From: Octopus sinensis
Lineage: Eukaryota
Length of the DNA stretch: 64,000 nucleotides
Reading direction: 5' to 3'
Assembly (NCBI RefSeq): GCF_006345805.1
Contig: NC_043024.1
Location: 2,542,001 to 2,606,000, forward strand
Shown: positions 1-13,314 of the stretch, piece by piece
Layout of the letters: the number at the start of each line of letters is the position of its first letter
Numbering within the stretch: the first letter of the stretch is position 1
Translations under genes and position numbers: made by a program
The notes under the pieces: generated by a model
Database searches by the model: none
What the model saw: only the letters and a program-made list of their open reading frames with translations
Told to the model about the DNA's origin: nothing

Positions 1-117
1 AGAAACTGAGATACATTGAAGTCCAGTTATGAAGATATGGTACGGAAGTTTCTAAGACGATTCTTTTGTACAAGACTTTGTAAAGTCCATAGCTGAAGAG
101 AACTTGACAGAAACATA

Positions 118-856
118 GGCGCAGGAGTGACTGTGTGGTTAGTAGCTTGCTTACCAAACACACGGTTCCGGGTTCAGTCCCACTGTGTGACACCTTGGGC
201 AAGTGTCTTCTACTATAACCTCGGGCCAACCAAAGCCTTGTGAGTGGATTTGGTAGACGGAAACTGAAAGAAGCCTGTCATCATCATCATCATCGTCGTT
301 TAACGTCCGTTCTCCATGCTAGCATGCTGTCGTATATATATATATATGCGTGTGTGTGTGTGTGTGTTTGTCCCCCCAACATTGCTTGACAACCGATGCT
401 GGTATGTTTACGTCCCCGTAACTTAGCGGTTCGGCAAATCACCTCCTTCCTCCAGATTCAGGCAATTTCTAAAAACAAGCATTTGACAGTCTGCAACTCA
501 TTACTCTTTTACTTGTTTCAGTCATTTGACTGTGGCCATGCTGGAGCACCACCTTTAGTTGAGCAAATTGACCCTGGGACTTATTCTTCGTAAGCCTAGT
601 ACTTATTCTATCGGTCTCTATTTGCCGAATTGCTAAGTGACAGGGACGTAAACACACCAGCATCGTTTGTCAAGCGATGTTGGGGGGACAGACACACAAA
701 CATATACACACACACGCATATATATATATACATATATACGACGGGCTTCTTTCAGTTTCCGTCTAACAAATCCACTCACAAGGCTTTGGTCGGCCCGAGG
801 CTATAGTAGAAGATACTTGGTTGGTAAGCAAGCTACTTACCACACAGCCACTGCTA
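118..856. mobile_element. Cluster of SINE copies of the same family in both orientations
   Basis: 118-440 plus and 500-856 minus, both matching 12121-12540. Confidence 0.78.
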
Positions 857-1159
857 CACCTCAATCTTTGATTACGACATCAGGCTGCGAACGTTAGCAA
901 CCAGAGACTCTTCACTGCAGTGAAAATTCATGTTTTTCCCACGTTTCATAGTGCTAAGTATTTCAAGCAGTTCGTCTGGGAGAGCTGGTCTTTCGCACAC
1001 CGACCCCCATTCAACTCCTTGGTTATCACTGACCCCCCTGTAATTGCTCACCAACCCCTAGGGGTCCCTGAGATCCCCTTTAGCAACCCCCGATTTATAG
1101 TTAGTAACATAAATTGCACAATGATGCAGTCATTGGCTTAGGAGACTACATTTCTCAGT

Positions 1160-1395
1160 GAAAGAAGCCTGTTGTATATATGTATATATATGTGTGTCTG
1201 TGTTTGTCCCCTCAACATCGCTTGACAACTGATGCTGGTGTGTTTACGTCTCCGTCACTTAGTGGTCCGGCAAAAGAGACCGATAGAATAAGTACTGGGC
1301 TTACAAAGAAAAAGTTCTGGGGTCGATTTGCTCTACTAAAGGCGGTGCTCCAGCATGGCCAGTCAAATGACTGAAACAAGCAAAAGAGTAAAGAG
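1160..1395 (+). mobile_element. SINE 3' half
   Basis: Matches 12270-12520. Confidence 0.75.
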
Positions 1396-1600
1396 TATAT
1401 ATATATACAAAATAAGAAAATGGAGGAACACATCTTAATCAATGATAAACTACCAGATAATTCCCAATCACATAATTTATTAAACCACTACATATGAACA
1501 TTCAGGTCAAACATAATAATATAGAACAAAACAATGTACATCAATGAGTAATATGATACAATAAGTACAGTATGTATAAGTGAATATAAATATAAACTAC

Positions 1601-1730
1601 ATATTACAGCTGTTTCAGCCATGCAGATATGGGTGCCTCATTAAGCTCATATTAGCCATGTGTGATAGGTTAATATGTGGTTATAAATGAGACACTTACA
1701 AAAATATCCCAAGGCCTCTTCAGAGATTAT
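1601..1730 (-). ncRNA. Minimal type I hammerhead ribozyme motif (degenerate stem I) in a Penelope-like fragment
   Basis: CTGAAGA-GGCC...GGCT-GAAA-CAGCTG-TA on the minus strand. Confidence 0.55.
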
Positions 1731-2034
1731 AAAGTACAAACAAAATTAAATATGAATATCAGAGGAGGTACACCCATATATATATATATCTGCTACTCAT
1801 GTTGGCGAACTCTGTTCCTTATCAGTTGTGATATGATTCTTTCAGTAGCTTTCAATGTCTCTGTAGTTTCCCCTCTCTCTCTCTATTGTATCTTCTCTAC
1901 TCTTATAGCAATCTATGCTGATACTGTTCAAGCAGAAATTGTAATCACCACCTCTTTGCGTTCCATGATTGACTGTGGATGTTGGTTCTGCCTCACCCGA
2001 CTTCATTTCATTGTTCCAAAACAACATAGGTGGA

Positions 2035-4025
<1,991 letters not shown>

Positions 4026-4099
4026 TATTTTTCTCCTCTCACCACAAAGTCCAAATGTTTTTCTTTTTTTTTATATTCTATTCCCCAGTTATTTCTGTT

Positions 4100-4298
4100 G
4101 CTTGAAATGCTTAGTGGTATTTCGTCTGTCTTTTTGTTCTGAGTTCAAATTCCACCGAGGTGGACTTTGCCATTCATCCTTTCAGGGTCAATAAATAAAG
4201 TACCAGTTTCACACTGGGGTAGATATAATCAACTTAATCCCTTTGTCTGTCCTTGTTTGTCCCCTCTATGTTTAGCCCCCTAGTGGGCAATAAAGAAA
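4100..4298 (+). mobile_element. SINE (second family) just upstream of each ZNF ATG
   Basis: GAGTTCAAATTCC B-box; reverse complement of 5533-5700. Confidence 0.72.
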
Positions 4299-4409
4299 TA
4301 TATATCTCCATCAACTGTAATCATTGTCAATATCTGAGGGGGCTGCCAATTCCCTTGCAATCCAGGTTTAATTAGAATACAGGATTGGTTTTCTTGCACC
4401 CATTCCAGG

Positions 4410-4662
4410 CAGTAAAGTACAGAAATGCTGCTAATAATCACACACCCAAAGAAAATCTTTTACAATTCTATAATTGAATTATATAAACAGGGTAATATTT
4501 CTTCTGTGTAGCATCTTAGTTTCATCTTAAACAATACAGTAAAGTACAGAAATGCTGCTAATAATCACACACCCAAAGAAAATCTTTTACAATTCTATAA
4601 TCGAATTATATAAACAGGGTAATATTTCTTCTGTGTAGCATCTTAGTTTCATCTTAAACAAT
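4410..4662. repeat. About 127-bp tandem duplication unique to copy 1 (predicted 5' UTR)
   Basis: CAGTAAAGTACAGAAATG... occurs at 4410 and 4537; single in other copies. Confidence 0.88.
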
Positions 4663-5068
4663 ATATCATATATATTCATGATGTGTTCGATGTAAAATCT
4701 TCTTTTATGCTAAATATCCTCTCTGATACTCTGAAATAAAAAAGAAATAATATGAGATATAGAATATACTTGAAAAGTAAAGATTAAATGAAAATTTTAT
4801 TACGTTTTTATACTGATAAACTGGAGATATAAACCTTTAGCTGGCCAAATAAACTTTAACATGTCAGTCTGACAAACAAACAAGGAGATTATAAGGTAGT
4901 CATGGGATGTGCTAAAAATAATAGCTAAATAGCTCTTAAATCATGCAGCAATTTTTAAAATTTGGTTTTGGTTTTTGCACAATCCTATGAATTACAAATT
5001 CGCAAGAGTTTTCTAAAAATTCCCAAAAGTTTTGAACCAACAAACAATTTACGATTTACATCTGCTGT

Positions 5069-5430
5069 TTGTTTGTTGAGCGAAGCGGTCTTCGTCCCAG
5101 AGCTTGCAAGATGGAAGAAGTCGGAAACGTGGTCCTTTGCTATTCGTAAGACCCGCAGAAGAGAAAGCAGGTCAGCCCCCCCCCCCCTGAATGCGCATCC
5201 AGGCTCGGCGGTTGCATAGGAAGTCGGGGGACAAGAAACAGGAAGAAAGAGTGAGAGAAAGCTAGGGCGAAAGAGTACAACAGGGGTTGCCACCACCCAC
5301 TGCTGGAGCATCGTGGAGCTTTAGGTGTTTTCACTCAATAAACAGTCACAACGCCCGGTCTGGGAATCGAACCCGCGATCCTCCGAATGCGACTCCACTG
5401 CCCTAACCACTGGGCCATTGCGCCTCCACT
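5069..5430 (-). mobile_element. tRNA-derived SINE with 13-bp TSD TTACATCTGCTGT (also about 26112, 38241, 51854, 59009)
   Basis: Minus-strand head TGGCCCAGTGG...GGTTCGATTCC, (AAAC)n tail, flanking direct repeat. Confidence 0.8.
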
Positions 5431-5532
5431 TACATGTGCTGTATATGAAATACCAGAGGTTATTGTGTTAAAAAGAGCAAGGACTAATGTTTACTTTGAA
5501 ACGGTTGATGATGATGATATATATATATATAT

Positions 5533-5743
5533 ATTTATTGCCCAGAAGGGGATATACAAAGAGGGGACAAACAAGGACAGACATAGGGATTAAGTCGTTT
5601 ACATCGAACCTAGTGCATAACTGGTACTTAATTTATCGACCCTGAAAGATGAAAGGCAAAGTCGACCTCAGTGGAATTTGAACTCATAACGTAAAGACAC
5701 ATGCATTTCGCCCGTCGTGCTAATGTTGCTGCCAGCTCGCCAC

Positions 5744-5745
<2 letters not shown>
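5533..5745 (-). mobile_element. SINE (second family) in intron, present in most units
   Basis: Head GGTGGCGAGCTGGCAG, B-box GAGTTCAAATTCC. Confidence 0.72.
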
Positions 5746-5778
<33 letters not shown>

Positions 5779-5784
5779 ATTTTA

Positions 5785-5868
5785 TTTTATAGAAGGAGCT
5801 TCTACAGTACTAGAACTGTTTCATTCAGATGAAACAATTCTAGTCCTGTAGAAGCTCCTTCTATAAAA
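5785..5868. repeat. About 84-bp near-perfect palindrome (also about 26835 and 59769)
   Basis: TTTTATAGAAGGAGCTTCTACAG...CTGTAGAAGCTCCTTCTATAAAA. Confidence 0.85.
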
Positions 5869-6928
5869 TAAATTACTTTACTCTGCTATGTATTGAGTAC
5901 CTTATTTACTGTGGTTAACCCCGACTCAACCCGGGACCTACATATATATATATATTGGTAAAACGGTAAGATAACAAAAGAAAGAAAGAGACCTCAATAT
6001 TATGTAATTAGAGGAAATTTATCTATAAAATAATATGTTACATTTACTCAATAGTCAAGATAAAACTCTAAGTTTCAGATGCCGAAGTGGAAATCCACAA
6101 CACCATCTCTTCGGTTATCTGGCCATCTGAAAAAACTCTATGAAAAAATACCGTTATATAAAGGGAAATTACTGTATTATAATTCTGCGCGCGAAAACCC
6201 ACGTGCGTACTTATACGTCACTATGGAAACGTACACATCTTCACTCGCATTTTTCGCCAAATATATACGCATATATATATACAACCTCTTACATACACAC
6301 ATGCGTACCGTAAAAGTTCATACATACGTCTATATACGCACAAACACAAGAAAAACCATGGTTAAAGGTAACAGAAAAAAAAACATAAGGAAGTATACAA
6401 AGCATAAAAACCACGTTCATATACGGACATGCCCCAATGCACTCATACACACACACACGCCCGTATATGTACATACCCGCACATATTTATATACGCATAC
6501 ATACACACGCATATACAAAAAATGAATATATATATGTCCCCCCCCACCATAAAAATACTAAGTAAAAACGTCTATATATATACATATATATGCACATACA
6601 CACACAAAAGTTGGCGATTACAAAGGTATTTCACAAGGATCACATATATAGTGGAAGCCGCTTATTGTGATCATTTCCGTACAGCACTGGCCAACACCTA
6701 ACAGATGACGTTAAACAAATATAAAGTCTGAACCAATTAATTTCGATAACAATAACCGGCTGATAACGTTATCCGCTATTCCGATTGACCGCCACTCCAT
6801 TCCTGCCCAGCCTACATCAATACACAACAAACTGCGGCATTTCTATAAATCGCAGTATTTGCTATACAACGTTTTCAATCAGATCGTATTCCTCTCCAAT
6901 ATATATACATATATATATAATAACTTAC

Positions 6929-7030
6929 CCCTGATGCTTAATAAATAAATAAATATTTTTTTACTTTCGATTTCGTCTCCAAAGAATTGAGGAAACGTGA
7001 CAAGCCGGAAGTAAGGTGCGTCATGTGACT
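6929..7030 (-). promoter_or_regulatory. Predicted promoter and non-coding exon 1 of copy 1
   Basis: CCGGAAGT (ETS, 7005-7012), TGCGTCA (CRE-like), GTCATGTGAC (E/M-box, 7020-7029); minus-strand donor GG|GTAAGT at 6928; block conserved in 5 units. Confidence 0.6.
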
Positions 7031-7146
7031 TAGACTCTTTAATATATGAAACCACAAAGAGTGCTGCTGACACAAAAGCGAAACTAAGAAGGAAGGGGGA
7101 ACGTAATATTGTTGTCGACTATCACCATGGTTACTGTCTAAGCGGA

Positions 7147-7213
7147 AGGCGCATGGCTCGGTGGTTAGCGCATCGGGCTATCAATCGCGAGTTAGTGAGT
7201 TCGATTCCCTGGA
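7147..7213 (+). other. Isolated tRNA-like Pol III head (A box TGGCTCGGTGG, B box GAGTTCGATTCC); also about 16740, 30238, 43244, 60584
   Basis: A/B boxes at tRNA spacing followed by TCTTTT; no convincing cloverleaf acceptor stem. Confidence 0.6.
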
Positions 7214-7389
7214 TCTTTTCGTTTTGACTGGCAGATTTTTTTAATAATTTCTTTGTAACTAAACACTTTTAAACTTAAGTACCAGTTATGCACTGGGGTC
7301 GATGTAATCAACTTAATCCCTTTGTCTGTTCCCTCCTATCTTTGCCGTTTGAACAGCAGTTTTTAACATAATTTCTAGGTAACTAAACA

Positions 7390-7634
7390 CTTTTAAACTT
7401 CGTGTAATGGTAGAATTTGTTACATAAAACATCTTTTTCTCTTGGCTTTCTTGAGAAAATGCTGTAGTTTGTAAGCTACAATTATTCACCTCAATAGACG
7501 TCATTGATTGGTTGAAATTGCCGAAATGCAAGAAATCAAACAACAAATAGCTTACAAGCCACAGAATTCTCTCAAGAAATCCAAGAGAAAAAGATGTTTT
7601 ATAAACACATTCTACCAGTATACGAAGTTTAAAG
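7390..7634. mobile_element. Palindromic MITE-like relic with about 90-bp inverted arms (also about 16992, 30492, 43485)
   Basis: 7390-7480 is the reverse complement of 7548-7634. Confidence 0.6.
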
Positions 7635-7721
7635 AATAAGTCCTGGGGTCGATTTGATCGACTAAAGGCGGTGCTCCAGCATGGCCACAGTCACATGACT
7701 GAAACAAGTAAAAGAGTAAAG

Positions 7722-7968
7722 AGAGATAGATAGGTATGTAGGTTGGCAGATAGATAGAAAGATAAATAGAGATAGATAGGTAGACATATATAGATAAATA
7801 GACAGACAAATAGATGGATAAACGGATGGACGGATGGATAGAGAGACAGACAGATAGATAGTTAGACACAAATAGATAGATAGATAGACAAATAGATAGA
7901 TAGATAGATGATAGATAGATAGATAGATAGAGAGAGAGAAACAGAAAGATAGATAGTTAGACAGATAG
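7722..7968. repeat. (GATA)n/(GA)n compound microsatellite, length-variable among units (17355, 30855, 43848)
   Basis: Direct inspection. Confidence 0.9.
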
Positions 7969-8454
7969 AAGCATTTCTTCCTTCGAAAAGGACGATTCTT
8001 TTCTTCAGCAAAATTGCTTTGAGTGTTCACGTTGGTGGTGGTGGCCATGTTTATAGCAGTATGGGTTCTCTTTACTTCTTTGTTCTTCTAAGGACAGACT
8101 GGCAGTGTTTGTAGTGAGTGCGCGATTCGAATATAGAGGCACCTACCTCATCTTCGTAGTGACGGAGACCCTCCAGAGATGACTAGTCCTTCCTCACAGC
8201 CCCGACCCGAGCACTAACGATAGCAGCAGCTAGCCCAAACCCTTAGCGACGTCCTCACACGTCTTCTCACCTCCACGACCCACGTTGGAAGGGGCAATTT
8301 CCGCTCCCTGCGCACGCCTGACAGCTGACCCCTTCCGCTTGCCCAAACTTCCGGACAACGCACCCAGCTGATGACGTCATCCCACAGTTTTCTGTGTGCG
8401 TTCAAGCGGAACAACTTCCTTTTCAGACAGATAGATAGACAAACAGATAGATAG

Positions 8455-8678
8455 GGTACTACTTGGGAAGAGTGGTCCCGGTGCGCGCACTCACGCTAGC
8501 TAGTCGTGACTGGTCGATACTACGACTAGCTAGCAAAGTAAATACTACACAAAATAATTTTTGTTAAAATAAATAAAACACAAAAACACAAAGTAAGGAT
8601 CGACTAGTCATGACTAGCTAGCGCGGATGCACGAGTACGCGAGTGCGCGCACCGGGAACACTCTTCTCAAGTAGTACC
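8455..8678. mobile_element. MITE with GGTACTACTTG termini and 9-bp GATAGATAG flanks (also 17993-18216, 31563-31801, right half ending 44751)
   Basis: About 37-bp imperfect TIRs plus an inner inverted repeat. Confidence 0.8.
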
Positions 8679-9529
8679 GATAGATAGACAGACAGAGATA
8701 GACAGGCACAGATATGCTATAGAAATAAACTTTGACGTACGCACCTTGAAGTTTTCCAGTGTTAAAACTTTCTTAGGAAGTTGCACGTCATCTTCAGCAG
8801 GTGCTTCGTGTGTGTGTGTGTGTGTGTAGGCAGAGTACGGCCGAATGGTCAAGAAGATCCCTTAACAACCACGAGGTCCCTCGTTCTGTCCTACTGCGTG
8901 ACACTTTGGACAAATAACACTTTCTGCAGTGTCCAGTTGACCTGAATGAAATCGGACAGAGGGGAAAGTGCTGAACCCAGGAATTCCAAAGAGGTCAGCT
9001 TCGGGTCGCAGAGGTTCTTGTATGATTCCAGCGGAATCCTCGAAGACTCACGGGAATTCCGGAGCAGGGGATTCAGTTGGTCTTACACCTGAATCCTCAA
9101 CGGCGAACGACGGGGATCCACGATGTATAAAAATGTCTGTTTAGTTATAGATGGAAATGGTGAGGATATTAAGAAATGGTTAATAGCAAAATGTGGGAAA
9201 TAAAAAAATGGAATGGGCAGCCGAAAGGAGAACGAAACAGTGAAAGAAATTATATAACTTTGTTTAAGTAATTTTTTATTTAGTCCTTCCTTTTTCCTGA
9301 GTTGTGCGTTAGATATGAAATCATTCGTATCTAATTCCGGTCTCCCAATAATTATCAGTTATAAAGTGGAATTGATCAAGGAATAAAGATTTGTATGAAA
9401 CTATAGCAGGAAATAAACGGAATTTGCAAGACTGAACGGTTAATAGACGAGGGGAAGTAACTCTTCTTTCAACAAAAGTCTTGAATATTTTTATATAGCT
9501 TCGTGTTTAAATGACAATTAATTAATTCA

Positions 9530-10100
9530 ACAAATTATTAGAAAGGATCACAAAAGTACAGCCCCTAAAATAACTGCAGGGGTTAATCACCGCCTCAAGA
9601 ACCCAGTTTCCACAAAAACTGTTCGCCGGGAGCTGCACAAATCCGGATTTTACGGGAGGGATGCAATCAGAATACCACTACTTTCAAAATTAAACGTTGA
9701 AAAGCGTTTAGAGTGGAGTAAAAAACCTACGGAATTGGTCCCTAGAGCAGTGGAAGAATCTTATTTTTCTCGGACGAGTCAACCCTTACCTTATTTCCGA
9801 TCACCGGTCGAGTACACGTGTGGAGACAGCCAAAAAAAGCATTTGACCCAGACTGCCTTCTTCCGACTTTTAAACATGGAGGAGGATCTGTGATGATCTG
9901 GGGAGCTATATCTTGGATATCTGCCAGCCCAATAGTTCCCCTTCATGTCAGAATTAATAGTCAAGACTATTTAAGCATTTTATCTGATCAAATTCATCCT
10001 ATGGTAGGGGAACTGTTTCTGGAGAGAAACGCAAGCTTTCAGGATGATAATGCACCAATTCACACGGCTAAAGTTGTCATTGAATGGCACGAGGAACATT
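9530..10100 (+). mobile_element. Tc1/mariner transposase relic (also about 19065-19625, 32675-33235, 45775-46340, 61185-61750; tail only at 53060-53140)
   Basis: Frameshifted ...STKTVRRELH, IFSDES, KHGGGSVMIWGAIS, FQDDNAPIHTAK motifs. Confidence 0.88.
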
Positions 10101-10367
10101 CATCAACCGTTTCAAAGTAAACATTAGTCCTTGCTCTTTTTAACACAATAACTTCTGGTATTTCATATACAGCAGATCTTTCCTTCTATGTTTCCAACGA
10201 AGAGCTCCGCTCGAAACGTTAAACCCTCCATCTTTTCTGAGCGTCAAATAATACTATATTTGTTCCACGTCCTCGCGTTGTTGTGTTTTTTTTTGTGCTT
10301 TCTTGTATAGATTAACTATATATATACATATATATATATATATATACATATATATATGTATATATAA

Positions 10368-10585
10368 CCGATCGTAGCCGCTGCCAGACTCACCTGGCAC
10401 CTGTGGCGGTGGAATGTAAGAAAAAAACCCTACACTCGCGGAGTGGTTGGCATTAGGAAGGGCATCAGGCTGTAGAAACACTGCCAGATCACACTGGGCC
10501 TGGTGCAGCCTGCTGGCTTCCCAGACCCCGGTCGAACCGTCCAACCCGTGCTAGCATGGAAAGCAACGATCATGATGATGATGAT
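10368..10585 (+). mobile_element. RTE 3'-UTR fragment shared by units (also about 19890, 33510, 46577, 53382, 62000)
   Basis: Homologous to the 3' end of the 39176-41938 LINE; (GAT)n tail. Confidence 0.75.
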
Positions 10586-10660
10586 ATATATACGAATTAA
10601 AATTCAGGAAACACAGAAGTAGCATTAATATAGTTTATTAACTGCAAAAATTCAACATGT

Positions 10661-10742
10661 ACACTTACAGCTGTTTCGATTTTGCTCAAAAGCAATTCCA
10701 ATAATTAAAACATTTAATTGGGCAAAATCTCATCAGAGGAAT
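10661..10742 (-). ncRNA. Minimal type I hammerhead ribozyme motif
   Basis: CTGATGA-GATTTTGC...GCAAAATC-GAAA-CAGCTG-TA; 8-bp stem II, palindromic stem III, weak stem I. Confidence 0.65.
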
Positions 10743-10869
10743 GAAAAAGACATATCGTTAGGTTATCACGTTATTCTTCCAAAACATCTCAACAGACTAA
10801 AACCTTTTTTAATTACTAATATTGGTATAAATCTTGGCCAGTGGGTAACAGGTTGTATAAGGGTAATAA

Positions 10870-11576
10870 TCTTTATATATATAAAACTGAGAATGTGTGC
10901 CTGTCTGTCTGTGTGTTTCCCTTAAACTTGTGAACTACAGAACCAATTTCATTCAAATTTTACACATGCCTTACTTAGGGTCCATGTAGTTTCATGGGCA
11001 AAAAAAAAATGTTCAACTTCTTGCCTAGAGCGAGCCCATAGCAATATCTTCTTCATTGTTTCAGTATTACATGTTAAAAGTGAAACAGAAATATTTCTTT
11101 ATTTTATGTCAGATGCTTTCACTTTAACAATAAAAATAATAACAATTGAATTATATGTAGTAAGTAATAATTAAAATCAAACTAAAGTATAGTATAATTG
11201 TAACATACAAAAGTAAAAATAGCAATTGGTATAAAATTGCATCAATGATTTGAACTTGAATAAGTGGTTTCACATGAATGGGAATAAAGTAAAAATATAA
11301 TTAGCGTGCAGAAATGGAATAGTCCAGAAGGATAATACAAAATTAAATTAAAGAAAAGACTATTGTCTATAAATTATACAACGTAGAGAAAAAAGAAGAG
11401 CTAACAATTCCAGTCTGTTATATATTTTGAATATTGTTATCACTAGCGATATCAAGATATAACTTTGTATTTTGCATTTTATGTGTAGATGTATATAGAT
11501 AGATGTACATGTAATATGTACACATATATACATGCACTAGCACTATGACCCGGCAACGACGGGTCTTTAATGCTAG
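10870..11576 (+). mobile_element. Non-autonomous Helitron (also 20395-21100, 34011-34717; 3' parts ending 47503 and 62604)
   Basis: A|TC start, subterminal hairpin GACCCG-GCAACGA-CGGGTC, CTAG|T end, no TSD. Confidence 0.78.
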
Positions 11577-11770
11577 TTGGTAAATAAATGGTAGATAGTG
11601 AGTGATATTTCTCACTATAATTATTTTATAATGTATCGATTTAATTATTTTCTAATTTATCTATATCAGTTCAATCAATTTCTTTAACAAAGTTATAAAT
11701 GTGATCACGTTGTTCTCTCATTCATATGATACTATTTTTACTATAACTCACTAATCTAACATTTATTTAA

Positions 11771-12010
11771 TGCGGTTTCGATTCCCAGACCGGACGTTGT
11801 GTGTGTTTATTGAGCGAAAACACCTAAAGCTCCACGAGGCTCCGGCAGGGGGTGGTGGCGATCTCTGCTGTACTCTTTCTTCCTGCTTCTTGAGTAATAC
11901 GGCGATGGACTGGCGTCCTGTCCAGCTGGTGGTGTAACACATATGCCACAGAAACCGGGCCCATGAGCCTGGCTAGGTTTGTAAAGGGCGCATAAATAAA
12001 TAAAAATAAT
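11771..12010 (+). mobile_element. 5'-truncated SINE related to the 5069-5430 family (repeated in units)
   Basis: GGTTTCGATTCCCAGACCGG B-box, (TAAA)n tail. Confidence 0.68.
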
Positions 12011-12120
12011 AAATATACTGGCATTTAATAAAACTGTGTAAGAGAATAATTTACCACAACTCAATTGCAAGAAGCACTTCCATCAAGTTAAGCTATTTAT
12101 TCGAGAGAATGATTTAATAG

Positions 12121-12540
12121 AGGTGCAGGAGTGGCTGTGTGGTAAGTAGCTTGCTTACCAACCACATGGTTCCGGGTTCAGTCCCACTGCGTGGCATCTT
12201 GGGCAAGTGTCTTCTGCTATAGCCCCGGGCCGACCAAAGCCTTGTGAGTGGATTTGGTAGACGGAAACTGAAAGAAGCCTGTCGTATATACATATACATA
12301 TATATGTATATATGTGCATGTGTTTGTGTGTCTGTGTTTGTCCCCCTAGCATTGCTTGTCAATCGATGCTGGTGTGTTTACGTCCCCGTCACTGAGCAGT
12401 TCAGCAAAAGAGACTGATAGAATAAGTACTGGACTTACAAAGAATAAGTCCTGGGGTCGATTTGCTCAACTAAAGGCGGTGCTCCAGCATGGCCGCAGTC
12501 AAATGACTGAAACAAGTAAAAGAGAGAGAGAGAGAGAGTA
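12121..12540 (+). mobile_element. Full-length octopus-type SINE abutting the ZNF 3' end (also 21637, 35262, 48048; partial 62847)
   Basis: Head GGAGTGGCTGTGTGG...GGTTCAGTCC, internal (TA/TG) tract, (GA)n tail. Confidence 0.82.
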
Positions 12541-12557
12541 ATAGAATTATCACAGTG

Positions 12558-13314
<757 letters not shown>

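Larger units (their letters stand above)
4731..6928 (-). other. Predicted intron 1 of copy 1 (paralogues 15582-16522, 25771-30020, 37900-43024, 58670-60365)
   Basis: GTAAGT donor and TTATTTCTTTTTTATTTCAG acceptor conserved across copies; large copy-specific TE insertions fall inside it. Confidence 0.6.

Noticed and set aside
6079-6525. Recurrent 148-aa ORF MPKWKSTT... (also 27138, 42103)
   Set aside because: Frameshifts differ among copies, low-complexity (CA/TA) content, lies in the predicted intron on the opposite strand
7147-7213. Possible tRNA gene
   Set aside because: A/B boxes are present but I cannot fold proper acceptor and anticodon stems; better explained as a SINE head
7612-8048. 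YLSI-repeat ORFs (also 17295, 30746, 43788)
   Set aside because: Translations of (GATA)n microsatellites
9818-10120. Domesticated transposase gene conserved in every unit
   Set aside because: Frameshifted, lacks the final catalytic Glu region, and its similarity is explained by recent unit duplication
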